Positions 26,997 to 36,184 of a stretch of DNA of 36,184 nt are shown here, one piece after another. How positions within the stretch are numbered: the first letter of the stretch is position 1; each line of letters opens with the position of its first letter. Both the position numbers and the translations under genes were made by a program. Source of the DNA: Parcubacteria group bacterium M6-OD1-1 (GTDB lineage Bacteria > Patescibacteriota > Minisyncoccia > GWC2-36-17 > M10-OD1-4); contig LSNK01000005.1 of the NCBI GenBank assembly GCA_003056085.1, positions 76,122 through 112,305 on the forward strand, written 5' to 3'. Under the pieces are notes generated by a model. That model saw nothing but the letters and a program-made list of their open reading frames with translations. It did no database searches and was not told where the DNA came from.

Positions 26997-27551
26997 ATGT
27001 ATTTAACCTGCGGAATTATCATAAAAAAGCAAGATAAGGGAGAAAATGACAAACTCATAACTCTTTTTACAAAAGATTATGGAAAGATTACTTTGATTGC
27101 AAAAAGCGTGAGAAAAAACAAATCAAAGCTTTCCGGTCATCTCAATCTTTTTTCTTTTTCTGAAGTTGGATTTGTTTTAGGAAGAGGTTTTAAGGTTTTA
27201 ACATCCGCTATTGAAGTAAATAGCTTTTCTTCGGTTAAAAATAATCCAAATAAGTTAAAAATTACAGATTATATATCAAGTCTAATTTTTAAGTATACGC
27301 AATCAGAAGAAAAAGATGAGAAAATATTTAATTTGATTTTATTGGCAATTTCATATCTTGATGGAAAAGAATTTTCAGAATTAAAATTAGAATATCTATC
27401 AAGGTATTTTGAATATAGATTTTTATCTATTTTAGGATATCAGCCAAACGAAAAAGAGGTTGTAGATTTTATCTCTTTGAGGACGACAAATAGAGAATCT
27501 CTTAGAAAAATTAAGTTGGTTTTTTTGAGATATTTTGAAAGTATACTATAA
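26997..27551 (+). CDS. recO: DNA repair protein RecO
   Basis: GENDKLITLFTKDYGKI..IAK.VRK.KSKL N-terminal OB motif; short form lacking the Zn finger. Confidence 0.92.
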   Translation: MYLTCGIIIKKQDKGENDKLITLFTKDYGKITLIAKSVRKNKSKLSGHLNLFSFSEVGFVLGRGFKVLTSAIEVNSFSSVKNNPNKLKITDYISSLIFKYTQSEEKDEKIFNLILLAISYLDGKEFSELKLEYLSRYFEYRFLSILGYQPNEKEVVDFISLRTTNRESLRKIKLVFLRYFESIL

Positions 27552-27634
27552 TAAAGAGTCAAGAATAAAGAATTAGGATTAAGCATTTTTTACAGATATT
27601 TTATTCTTACTTCTTTGTTTATAGCTTATATTTT

Positions 27635-29515
27635 ATGAAAAAAAATGATTTAGAAAAATTAGAAAAAAAAGTTCTAAGCAAAAAATGGGGTCAAAAAAAA
27701 CAAATACCGGATTATGAGGTTTACAGAGAAGAGGATCAGGTGGCGAAGAAATTAGGTTGGCAGGAAAGAGGAGGTAAGAGAATTGGAGTAAAAAAGGCAA
27801 AAATTTCAAAAATATTTTGGTTCTTTTTGTTTTCTTTGGCTTTTACCGCATTTTTATATTTTTATTATTTTTCATCCCCAGTTTTTGATTCAAAAAGTGT
27901 AAAAATGTATATCAATGGTCCAAGAAGCGTGACATCAGGAGAGCTTGTTTCTTACAAGGTTGCGTATCGCAACGAATCAAATGTTGTTTTAAAAAATGTC
28001 AATATTGCATTTGAGTGGCCTGCCGGTTCTATTTTTGAAGGAACCGAATATTTTGAACCTGTAAAAATTGAAAAAAAAGCGGGAGTATTGATGCCTAATC
28101 AGGAAAAAACATGGATACTTCAAGGAAGAGTATATGGAGAAAAAAATTCAACAAAAAAAGTAAAAGTTAATTTAACATATACCCCGGCAGAATTTAACAG
28201 GTCATATAATATATCCAATGACTTTGAGGTTAGTGTTGAGGCGGTTCCTATATTTTTAAATTCCACACTTCCAAGTCAAGTTGTTGCCGGTAAGGATACT
28301 GAAATTAAAATAGAGTACATAAATCAATCAGATGCATCTTTTTCTAATATGGAGGTTAGGGTGGAGTATCCTGCCGGTTTTGAGTTTATTTCAAGTGATC
28401 CAAATCCAGCGGAATCAAATAATGTATGGCAGCTTGGTACGGTTTTGGGTAATGAAAGCGGAGTTATTTTATTAAAGGGAAAATTTAAAGGAGCTGATGG
28501 CGAAAATCAAACCCTCTCTTTTGATATTGGACAAGCAGAGCCTAATGGAAAAGGATTTTATTCTATTGCAAATTCAATAGCGGAAACGCAAATATCTTCT
28601 TCCGCATTATTGGTTTTTCAAACTGTGAACGATTCTCGTGATCCTTCCGCAGATTTAGGAGATGTTTTAAGATACAAAATAAGTTATAAAAATACAACAG
28701 ACACACAAATTTCAAATGTTATAATTCTTGCTCAAATAGAAGATAGTCTTGTTGATCTTAAAACATTAAATATTCCTTGGGGGTCTTTTGACGGAAGAAC
28801 AAATTCTATTATTTGGAATCAATCCGGAGTTCCTGAGCTTTCGATTTTAGATCCGAAAGAAGAGGGCTTTGTGACTTTTTCCGTAAAAATTAATTCAAAC
28901 TTTACTCCAAGATCAGTTTCAGATAAGAATTTAAAAATAAGATCATCAGTTCAAATAGCGTCAGGGTCCATACCGGAAACATTAGAAGGCTTGCCGACCG
29001 AAGATGAGGATGTAATTGATGTTAAATTGAATACAACTTTAGGATTTAATGTTTCCGGTTATTATAAAGATGGACCTATACAAAATACCGGTCCGTTGCC
29101 TCCGAAGGTTGGATTTGAAACAACATATGCTATTTCTTGGCAAATAGTAAATACCACAAATGATGTAAAAAATGCAGTTGTAACGGCATCTGTTCCTCCA
29201 AATGTAAAATGGACCGGAGTTATTGATCCGAAAGACACTGATATAACTTTTGATCAGGAAAAAGGCTCAATAACTTGGAAGCCGGGTATTGTTTTTGCAG
29301 GCTCCGGATTTGTGATTCCTTCTCAAAGAGTCGATTTTCAATTGTCATTTTTACCCGCTTTGGTTCATTTTGGTCAACCGTTTAAGTTAATTTCTGAATC
29401 TACTTTATCCGGCATAGATATGTTTACAGGCAAAGAATTTAAAAAAACAACTACAAAAGTAGACTCTTCTTTGAAAGGGGCTATTAAGTCGGGCGAAGCA
29501 AGAGTTACCAGGTAA
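27635..29515 (+). CDS. membrane-anchored beta-sandwich repeat (DUF11-like) surface protein
   Basis: single TM helix, then repeated G..V.Y.I.Y.N / W..G.L / I.W modules; NTGPLPPKVG..TTY motif. Confidence 0.7.
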   Translation: MKKNDLEKLEKKVLSKKWGQKKQIPDYEVYREEDQVAKKLGWQERGGKRIGVKKAKISKIFWFFLFSLAFTAFLYFYYFSSPVFDSKSVKMYINGPRSVTSGELVSYKVAYRNESNVVLKNVNIAFEWPAGSIFEGTEYFEPVKIEKKAGVLMPNQEKTWILQGRVYGEKNSTKKVKVNLTYTPAEFNRSYNISNDFEVSVEAVPIFLNSTLPSQVVAGKDTEIKIEYINQSDASFSNMEVRVEYPAGFEFISSDPNPAESNNVWQLGTVLGNESGVILLKGKFKGADGENQTLSFDIGQAEPNGKGFYSIANSIAETQISSSALLVFQTVNDSRDPSADLGDVLRYKISYKNTTDTQISNVIILAQIEDSLVDLKTLNIPWGSFDGRTNSIIWNQSGVPELSILDPKEEGFVTFSVKINSNFTPRSVSDKNLKIRSSVQIASGSIPETLEGLPTEDEDVIDVKLNTTLGFNVSGYYKDGPIQNTGPLPPKVGFETTYAISWQIVNTTNDVKNAVVTASVPPNVKWTGVIDPKDTDITFDQEKGSITWKPGIVFAGSGFVIPSQRVDFQLSFLPALVHFGQPFKLISESTLSGIDMFTGKEFKKTTTKVDSSLKGAIKSGEARVTR

Positions 29516-29555
29516 AAATAAATAATTTAGCCTTTTTTAAGGGTTTGTTACAGAT

Positions 29556-30824
29556 ATGTTCAAAAAAGAAAAATTAAAAAATAATATCAGATTGATTACC
29601 GCTCCTACAAAAGGAACAAAAACTATAACAGTTTTAGTTTTTATCGGGACGGGTTCAAAATATGAAACAAAAAATATTTCCGGAATATCGCATTTTTTAG
29701 AACATATGATGTTTAAAGGAACTAAAAAAAGAAAAGACAAAAAAGCAATCTCAGAAGAATTAGACAGTGTCGGCGCTGAGTACAATGCATTTACAGGGAG
29801 TGAGTATACCGGATATTATGTAAAGTCAGATTATTCCAATTTGGAGCTTGCATTAGATGTGGTTTCTGACATACTTATAAATTCAAGACTTGACACTAAA
29901 GATATTAAAAAGGAAAAAGGGGTAGTTATTGAGGAGATAAATATGTATAGGGATAATCCGATGCGTCAAGTTGCGCAAAATATTGAGCATTTGCTTTATA
30001 AAGATCAGCCGGCGGGTTGGGATATAGCTGGAACCAAAAAAACAGTTTTATCTTATACAAAAAAAGATGTAGCGGATTATTTTAGATTACAATACACTGC
30101 AAAAAATACGGTTGTTTGTGTGGCGGGAAATTTTGATAATAAAAAAATAAAAAATCAGGTCAGTAAGTATTTTTCATCTATAAATATTGGAAGTCCCAAA
30201 GAAAAAGAAAAGGTGGTGGAGCACCAGAAAAATCCCGAGAGTTTTATTGAATACAAAAAAACAGATCAAACACATTTAATTTTTGCTTTTCGTTCGTTTT
30301 TTTCTTTGCATTCAGAAAAAAAATTTCCACTTATGCTTTTAGCAAATATATTAGGAGGAAATATGTCATCTCGAATGTTTATAAATATAAGAGAGAAGCA
30401 GGGATTGGCTTATTACATAAGCTCAGGAGCTGATCTTAGCACTGATACGGGTTATTTGTACATTAGGTCGGGGGTAGACAACAAAAGAGTTCACGGAGCA
30501 ATCAAAGGCATATTAAAAGAGTTGAAAAAAGTAAAACAAAAAGGCGTTACAGCATCGGAGCTTAAAAAAGCCAAAGAATATTTTAAGGGAAAAACTATTA
30601 TGGATTTAGAATCTTCTGATGAGTTAGCGGAATTTTTAGGTTCCCAAGAAATTTTAACAGGAAATGTTTTATCTCAAGATGAGCTTATAAAAAAAATCAA
30701 TTCAGTTAAACTATCCGATGTTAATTTGCTTGCAAAAGATATTTTTAAAAATGAAAATTTAAATTTAGCTCTTATAGGGCCATTTAAAAATAAGAAAGAA
30801 TTTGATGATTTATTAAGAGTTTAA
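29556..30824 (+). CDS. M16 family (pitrilysin-like) zinc peptidase
   Basis: HFLEH inverted zincin motif, NAFT and IREK.GLAY. Confidence 0.95.
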   Translation: MFKKEKLKNNIRLITAPTKGTKTITVLVFIGTGSKYETKNISGISHFLEHMMFKGTKKRKDKKAISEELDSVGAEYNAFTGSEYTGYYVKSDYSNLELALDVVSDILINSRLDTKDIKKEKGVVIEEINMYRDNPMRQVAQNIEHLLYKDQPAGWDIAGTKKTVLSYTKKDVADYFRLQYTAKNTVVCVAGNFDNKKIKNQVSKYFSSINIGSPKEKEKVVEHQKNPESFIEYKKTDQTHLIFAFRSFFSLHSEKKFPLMLLANILGGNMSSRMFINIREKQGLAYYISSGADLSTDTGYLYIRSGVDNKRVHGAIKGILKELKKVKQKGVTASELKKAKEYFKGKTIMDLESSDELAEFLGSQEILTGNVLSQDELIKKINSVKLSDVNLLAKDIFKNENLNLALIGPFKNKKEFDDLLRV

Positions 30825-30949
30825 TAACTTTATTTTTTGGTAAAATATATAATATTTAAATAATTTTAAAAATTTAGTTTTCAGTGAGATTTTTTAAAAT
30901 TTTAATTTTATGATATTATTATTTATACTGTGTAATTAAATTAGATTTT

Positions 30950-32326
30950 ATGATTAAATTGAAGTTTTGTGGTGGTGTAGCGGGGTCTGTGACAGGTGCT
31001 TGTTACTTAATAGAAACCAATAATACAAAGATATTAGTTGATTGCGGAATGTTTCAGGGTTCTCGTTTTTCTGAGTTTTCCAATTCAGATCCTTTTCCAT
31101 TTAATCCAAAAGATGTCAGCGCTGTCATTGTGACTCATGCTCACATAGACCATTCCGGGCGATTGCCCAAACTTGTAAGAGATGGCTTTGGAGGAAAACT
31201 TTATGGAACAGAGCCAACATTGGATTTTGCGCACACGCTTTTAAATGATTCTGAACATGTTATAAAGGAGGAGGCAAAAAGAGAAGGTTTGCAGCCTTTC
31301 TATACTTTAAAAGATGTTGCAAAAACTTTTGAACTTACTAATCCAAAAAAATACAATGAAGAGGTAGTGGTTTCGGAAGATATAAGGTTTATTTTAAGAA
31401 ATGCAGGTCATATTTTAGGTTCTTCAATTGTTGAGCTTTTTGTAAAAAACAGCAAAGGAAAAGAGATAAAAATTGTATTTTCAGGGGACTTGGGAAATTA
31501 CCCGGCTCCTGTTATTGGTCAAACAGAATTTATAGATGATGCAGATTATGTTTTAGTGGAGTCGGCATACGGTGACAGGATTCACGAAACCACAAAAAAA
31601 AGAAAAGATATTTTGGAAGACGTAATAGAAGAAACCATCAACAAGGGAGGGGTTTTAATGATTCCCGCTTTTGCAACAGAAAGGACTCAAGAATTGCTTT
31701 ATGAATTAAACGAACTTGTTGAAAATGGAAGAATAGCGAGAGTTCCAATATTTTTAGATTCCCCGCTTGCTATTAAAATAACAGAAATTTACAAAAGACA
31801 TGAAAGTTATTTTGACAAAAAAACAAAACATCTCATAGAAACAGGAGATGATATTTTTAATTTTCCCGGTCTTAAATTTACATCCGACACGGAAGAATCA
31901 AAAGCGATAGTGCGTCATGAGGGCGCTAAGATAATAATCGCCGGATCAGGTATGTCAAACGGAGGAAGGATTGTTCATCATGAAATAAATTATCTTCCGG
32001 ATCCAAAAAACACTCTGTTAATTATCGGGTATCAAGTTAGAGGGTCTTTAGGCAGACGTTTGCTTGATGGTGAAAAGGAAGTGAGAATTTTAGGCCGTAA
32101 GGTTTTAGTGAGAGCAAAAATAATAAATATTGGAGGATATTCCGCTCACGCAGATCAAAAACAGCTTTTAAATTGGCTTTCTCCAATGCGTCATACGGCA
32201 AAAAGAATTTTTGTTGTTCAAGGAGAAGAGAAGGCAGCAGCAGCATTATCTCAACATATAAAAGATGAATTAGCCGCAGAATCCGAAGCGCCAATTATGA
32301 ACCAAGAAGTGTTTTTAGAAAGTTAA
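30950..32326 (+). CDS. MBL-fold beta-CASP nuclease (Ysh1/CPSF73-like)
   Basis: THAHIDHSG, AGHILGS, FSGDLG, ES.YG, SGM..GGRI.HH and SAHAD motifs. Confidence 0.95.
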   Translation: MIKLKFCGGVAGSVTGACYLIETNNTKILVDCGMFQGSRFSEFSNSDPFPFNPKDVSAVIVTHAHIDHSGRLPKLVRDGFGGKLYGTEPTLDFAHTLLNDSEHVIKEEAKREGLQPFYTLKDVAKTFELTNPKKYNEEVVVSEDIRFILRNAGHILGSSIVELFVKNSKGKEIKIVFSGDLGNYPAPVIGQTEFIDDADYVLVESAYGDRIHETTKKRKDILEDVIEETINKGGVLMIPAFATERTQELLYELNELVENGRIARVPIFLDSPLAIKITEIYKRHESYFDKKTKHLIETGDDIFNFPGLKFTSDTEESKAIVRHEGAKIIIAGSGMSNGGRIVHHEINYLPDPKNTLLIIGYQVRGSLGRRLLDGEKEVRILGRKVLVRAKIINIGGYSAHADQKQLLNWLSPMRHTAKRIFVVQGEEKAAAALSQHIKDELAAESEAPIMNQEVFLES

Positions 32327-32366
32327 TTTTTTAGATTTATTAGCAATATTAAATAAATACAAAGTT

Positions 32367-32966
32367 ATGGAAAATACACACAAGACGCATGATTTGGAGA
32401 AATCATCATTAAAATATAAAATTTGTATTTCGGGGGCTGCAAAGTCAAATCTCTGTGCTGAAAATGCTCTTGAAATGTCGGAAGAACTCGGCAGAGAAAT
32501 TATCCGGCAAAATGGAGTTGTTGTTACAGGGGCGACATCAGGAATACCTTATTGGGCCGCAAAAGGAGCAAAAGAAGAGGGCGGCATATCAATAGGGATT
32601 TCACCGGCATCATCTGAAATAGCTCATATAAAATCATACAAGCTTCCCACGGATTATTTTGATTTAATAATATATACCGGCTTTGATTATTCCGGAAGAA
32701 ATCTTCTTTTGACAAGAGCCTCAGATGCTGTTATTACGGTTTGCGGAAGGATGGGTACTTTAAATGAATTTACGATTGCCTTTGAAGATAAAAAACCCCA
32801 AGGTGTTCTGTTGGGCAGCGGAGGAACAGCAGATCGCATAAAAGACTTGGTTGAAGAGATGCATAGAGGTCCCGGGAAGATTGTTTATGATTCTAACCCC
32901 AAAAAACTTATAGAAAAAGTTATTAAACTTATAGAAAAAGAAAAATCAGCAAATAATAAAGATTAA
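32367..32966 (+). CDS. LOG/SLOG family nucleotide-binding protein
   Basis: TGATSG, GA...GG..IGISP, RNLL and GTLNE motifs. Confidence 0.88.
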   Translation: MENTHKTHDLEKSSLKYKICISGAAKSNLCAENALEMSEELGREIIRQNGVVVTGATSGIPYWAAKGAKEEGGISIGISPASSEIAHIKSYKLPTDYFDLIIYTGFDYSGRNLLLTRASDAVITVCGRMGTLNEFTIAFEDKKPQGVLLGSGGTADRIKDLVEEMHRGPGKIVYDSNPKKLIEKVIKLIEKEKSANNKD

Positions 32967-33040
32967 TAGAGTTTGCACATCTGAGTACGGTTTAATTAAA
33001 AAATGTGCTGAATGTGTAAATCCTAATTAATATAAAAAAT

Positions 33041-33505
33041 ATGGATTTTTTAGGACCAATTGATATTGAAATACTTATTAAGATAATTTTGGCGTTTTTT
33101 CTCGGGATTGTTATCGGTATAGAAAGAGAATTTGCCGGCAAAGAAGCTGGGCCAAGAACATATTCCATGGTGACGGTTGGTGTTACTTTATTTACAATTT
33201 TATCTTTGGATTCAAGGTTTGCCGGTGAGAACGCGAGAATAATCGCTCAAATAATAACAGGTATCGGTTTTTTAGGCGCCGGACTTATAATATTTCATGG
33301 CAGTAAGGTGCATGGGCTTGCAACAGCGGCAAGTATTTGGATAATGGCTGCAATAGGAATTGCGGTTGGAATGGGATATTATGCTGTAGCTGTATTTTCC
33401 ACTACTGTTGCTCTTTTTGTTTTGTATGTATTTAGAAAATTTGACTTTGATGAAAGACTTCATAAAATAAGCGGTTACAAAGAAGAGGATCATCTTAGAA
33501 AGTAA
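33041..33505 (+). CDS. MgtC/SapB family membrane protein
   Basis: IGIERE...K.AG.RT, RIIAQI.TGIGFLGAG and GL.TAA.IW motifs. Confidence 0.95.
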   Translation: MDFLGPIDIEILIKIILAFFLGIVIGIEREFAGKEAGPRTYSMVTVGVTLFTILSLDSRFAGENARIIAQIITGIGFLGAGLIIFHGSKVHGLATAASIWIMAAIGIAVGMGYYAVAVFSTTVALFVLYVFRKFDFDERLHKISGYKEEDHLRK

Positions 33506-33570
33506 AATTATAAAGAAGCTCCTATAAAACTTAAAAACATTATTTGTTTTACGAGTTATAGTTTAAAAAA

Positions 33571-34701
33571 ATGGATAAAAGTTTTTGGTATGCAGTATCT
33601 ATATTAATGGGTACCATGGTTGGTGTTGGTATGTTTGCCCTGCCTTATGTTTTTTATAAGGCAGGGTTTTTTATTGGATTTTTTTATCTAATTATCTTAT
33701 TTTTTATTTTACTCAATTTACACTTAATGATGGGGGAGATTGTTTTAAGAACTAAAGAGCGTCATAGGTTTATCGGTTATATTGGAATGTATCTTGGGGA
33801 TAAACAAAAAGGCATCGTTGCTTTTACAAATATTTTTGGAGTTTTTGGAAGTTTGCTCGTATATATTCTAGTTTCCGGACTATTTTTAAAAATAGTAAGT
33901 TACAATTTTTTGCCCAATATTGATTTAAATCAGATTTTTTTCTGGTTTGTAATGAGCGTTGTTTTGTTTTTTGGAGTCAAAATAGTAAAAAGATCAGAAT
34001 TGGTGCTCATGATATTTTTAATTGCTATTGTTTTTGTAATGCTTTTTTTCGGCATTTCAAATATTGATGCTGTTAATTTTTTAAGTTTTGACATCAGTAA
34101 TGCTTTTTTGCCGTACGGAGTCATTATGTACTCTTTGGTTGGGATTTCAGCAATTCCTTTAATGAGGGAATTTTTAAACGGAGAAGAAAGAAAACTTAAA
34201 AAATCTATTTTCGCAGGAGTTTTCATTCCTGCTCTTATATATCTTTTGTTCGCTTTTTTGGTTATTGGTGTTAGCGGACCTTTGGTTTCTGAAGATGCAC
34301 TGTCCGGATTAACTGACATATTAGGGCAAGGGGTTGCTTTTTTAGGAGCTTTATTTGGTCTTTTTGCTATTGCTACTTCATATGTCGCTTATGCTTTTTA
34401 TTTAAAGCAGACTTTAGTTTTTGATTTTAACATAAGTGAAAAAGCGGCTCTTTTTCTTGTTTTTACAATTCCGGTACTGACTTTATTTTTAATGCCGGTT
34501 GGATTTATAGAGATAATCATATTTTTAGGAGCGGTTTTTGGAGGAGTGGATGCTATTTTTCTAACTTGGTTATATCAAAAAGCAAAAAAAACAGGTAGAA
34601 GAAATCCGGAATATTCTTTAAAGGTTCCGGTTTTTTTAGTTTATTTTATGATAGCTTTGTTTTTGGGAGGAATATTTTACGAAATAATTTATAATATCTA
34701 A
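33571..34701 (+). CDS. aromatic amino acid (HAAAP/Trp-Tyr permease-like) transporter
   Basis: GTMVGVGMFALP N-terminal motif, about 11 TM segments, TSY. Confidence 0.85.
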   Translation: MDKSFWYAVSILMGTMVGVGMFALPYVFYKAGFFIGFFYLIILFFILLNLHLMMGEIVLRTKERHRFIGYIGMYLGDKQKGIVAFTNIFGVFGSLLVYILVSGLFLKIVSYNFLPNIDLNQIFFWFVMSVVLFFGVKIVKRSELVLMIFLIAIVFVMLFFGISNIDAVNFLSFDISNAFLPYGVIMYSLVGISAIPLMREFLNGEERKLKKSIFAGVFIPALIYLLFAFLVIGVSGPLVSEDALSGLTDILGQGVAFLGALFGLFAIATSYVAYAFYLKQTLVFDFNISEKAALFLVFTIPVLTLFLMPVGFIEIIIFLGAVFGGVDAIFLTWLYQKAKKTGRRNPEYSLKVPVFLVYFMIALFLGGIFYEIIYNI

Positions 34702-34702
34702 T

Positions 34703-36001
34703 ATGGATAAAATTTTTAAAATAGAAAAATATTTATTTTATCTTTTAGTATTTTCTATTCCATTTCAGATAAGGGTTTTTGTATATGAATGGGGAGCTAA
34801 AAGAGATGAGTTTTTTTCAGCTTTTTTTTATTTTACAGATGCTCTAATTTTGGCAATTTTCTTTCTCTGGATTTTTAGAGGATTTAAAATGAAAATAGAA
34901 AAATATGACTATTTCCTATTCGGTTTTTTGTTTGTTTTTCTTTTCTCCGTTTTAAATATGGAGTATCTAAGTTTTGGATTTTATCAAATACTGAAACTTT
35001 TGGAATTTGTTCTTTTGTATTTTTATATAAAGAGCAATATGAAATATTTTAATTTAAACACCATTTTATATATTTTTGTTTTTTCCGGTGTTTTTCAGGC
35101 TCTTTTGGGAATTTTTCAGTTTTTAACACAAGGCAGTTTAGGATTTAAATATTTGGGGGAGACAAATCTTTCCGCTCAAATACCCGGTGTCGCAAAAATA
35201 GATACAACGGACGGAAAGATTATGAGACCTTATGGGACATTTACTCATCCAAATGTTTTAGCGGCTTATTTGTTTTTTTCTTTGGCATTTTTTTACCTTT
35301 TACTGAAAGACAAAGTTTTCAAATTGCAAATTAAAAAGTTTTTTACATTACAAACAGGTTTTTGGTTTGATGTCTCCATTTTTTTTGTTTTGTTTTTAGG
35401 ATTTTTTCTAACATTTTCAAGGAGTGTCTTTTTAGTCTTTGCTCTTTTTTCGCTAACTCTTTTTTTAAAAAGTAAAAAAAAGAGCTTAGTCAGGAAATAC
35501 ATTGTATTGTCAGCCATTTTATTTTTAATATTTTCAGCCGTTTTTTCAAATGAGTTTTACCCCAGAGTTAATATTTTAAATGACTCAGAAAATTTAAATT
35601 TCAGAATGATTTATAAAGAAACAGCCGTCAATTTTATATCAGAAAACACACTATTTGGGGTTGGTCCGGGTAATTTTGTAAACAGCTCCAAAGTTTTAAA
35701 TATTTTTCCGGAAAATATGTCCTGGGCTTACCAGCCTGTGCATAATACATATTTTTTAATTGCCTCGGAAATTGGAATTTTTGGTTTTTTATTCTTTTTG
35801 GCTTTCCTTGTTTTTTTAATGATAAATTTAAATAAATTTCAAAAAAATGGTAATTTTAAAATGATATTTTTAGGTATTTTGTTTTCTGTTGCGTTGCTTT
35901 TCTTTTCTGATCATTATTTTTGGGATCTCCAGCAAGGAAAATTAATGTTTTGGTTTTTTTTGGGTATTTTAGCTTGGTATGGTTCCAATAATAAAGTATA
36001 A
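34703..36001 (+). CDS. O-antigen ligase/Wzy_C family membrane protein
   Basis: RPYGTF.HPN, TFSR, GVGPGNF and PVHN.Y....SE.G motifs. Confidence 0.9.
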   Translation: MDKIFKIEKYLFYLLVFSIPFQIRVFVYEWGAKRDEFFSAFFYFTDALILAIFFLWIFRGFKMKIEKYDYFLFGFLFVFLFSVLNMEYLSFGFYQILKLLEFVLLYFYIKSNMKYFNLNTILYIFVFSGVFQALLGIFQFLTQGSLGFKYLGETNLSAQIPGVAKIDTTDGKIMRPYGTFTHPNVLAAYLFFSLAFFYLLLKDKVFKLQIKKFFTLQTGFWFDVSIFFVLFLGFFLTFSRSVFLVFALFSLTLFLKSKKKSLVRKYIVLSAILFLIFSAVFSNEFYPRVNILNDSENLNFRMIYKETAVNFISENTLFGVGPGNFVNSSKVLNIFPENMSWAYQPVHNTYFLIASEIGIFGFLFFLAFLVFLMINLNKFQKNGNFKMIFLGILFSVALLFFSDHYFWDLQQGKLMFWFFLGILAWYGSNNKV

Positions 36002-36112
36002 ATCTTAGATAGAGAAATTTATATAATAAATAATTTGAGCTTATTTATAACTTCCATATTCTATGCAATACATGATACAATAAAAACACAAAATAAATTT
36101 TAACTTTCTATT

Positions 36113-36184
36113 ATGATCTCAAATAAATTAACAAAAACACTCTCTCTAACACTTTTTGTTTTCATCTTTCTAATCTTAGGCTCT
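36113..36184 (+). CDS. 5' fragment of a probable secreted or membrane protein (runs off the window)
   Basis: ATG then MISNKLTKTLSLTLFVFIFLILGS, a signal-peptide-like stretch; TACAAT upstream. Confidence 0.5.
   Translation, partial: MISNKLTKTLSLTLFVFIFLILGS

Noticed and set aside
390-35517. Numerous 60-130 aa ORFs antisense to or overlapping recognised genes
   Set aside because: Fully nested in confident CDSs, with no motifs and composition typical of antisense translation.

Overview
Low-GC, gene-dense chromosomal segment that most likely comes from a Patescibacteria/CPR (Parcubacteria-like) genome using the standard genetic code. The taxonomic call is inferred from SD-less housekeeping genes, 'SHQLRTPL'-type kinases, a degenerate DHH protein, an IleRS carrying an inserted histidine-phosphatase domain and a long tmRNA tag. 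The backbone is housekeeping: ruvB-yebC-nudix-ruvC, a PilB/GspE ATPase, rnj, tsaE, polA, znuCB-like genes, infC-rpmI-rplT, smpB-ssrA, argS, ileS, recO, an M16 peptidase, a beta-CASP nuclease, a LOG-family protein, MgtC, an amino-acid permease and an O-antigen ligase-like protein. Several small self-contained accessory units are interspersed. (i) A PhcB/YnbC-like SAM methyltransferase lies next to a 7TM-sensor histidine kinase, a candidate signal-synthase/receptor pair. (ii) An unannotated ~165-nt structured RNA with its own sigma70 promoter and a 24-bp closing stem lies at about 2992-3160. (iii) Two orphan lipoprotein genes share a promoter, boxA-like motif, strong SD and terminator layout with the methyltransferase gene. 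(iv) A leaderless RelE-type toxin-antitoxin pair sits between tsaE and polA. Dispersed heptamer-periodic arrays and a recurrent 13-15 bp intergenic motif are also present. No CRISPR array, rRNA, tRNA, transposase or integrase was seen.
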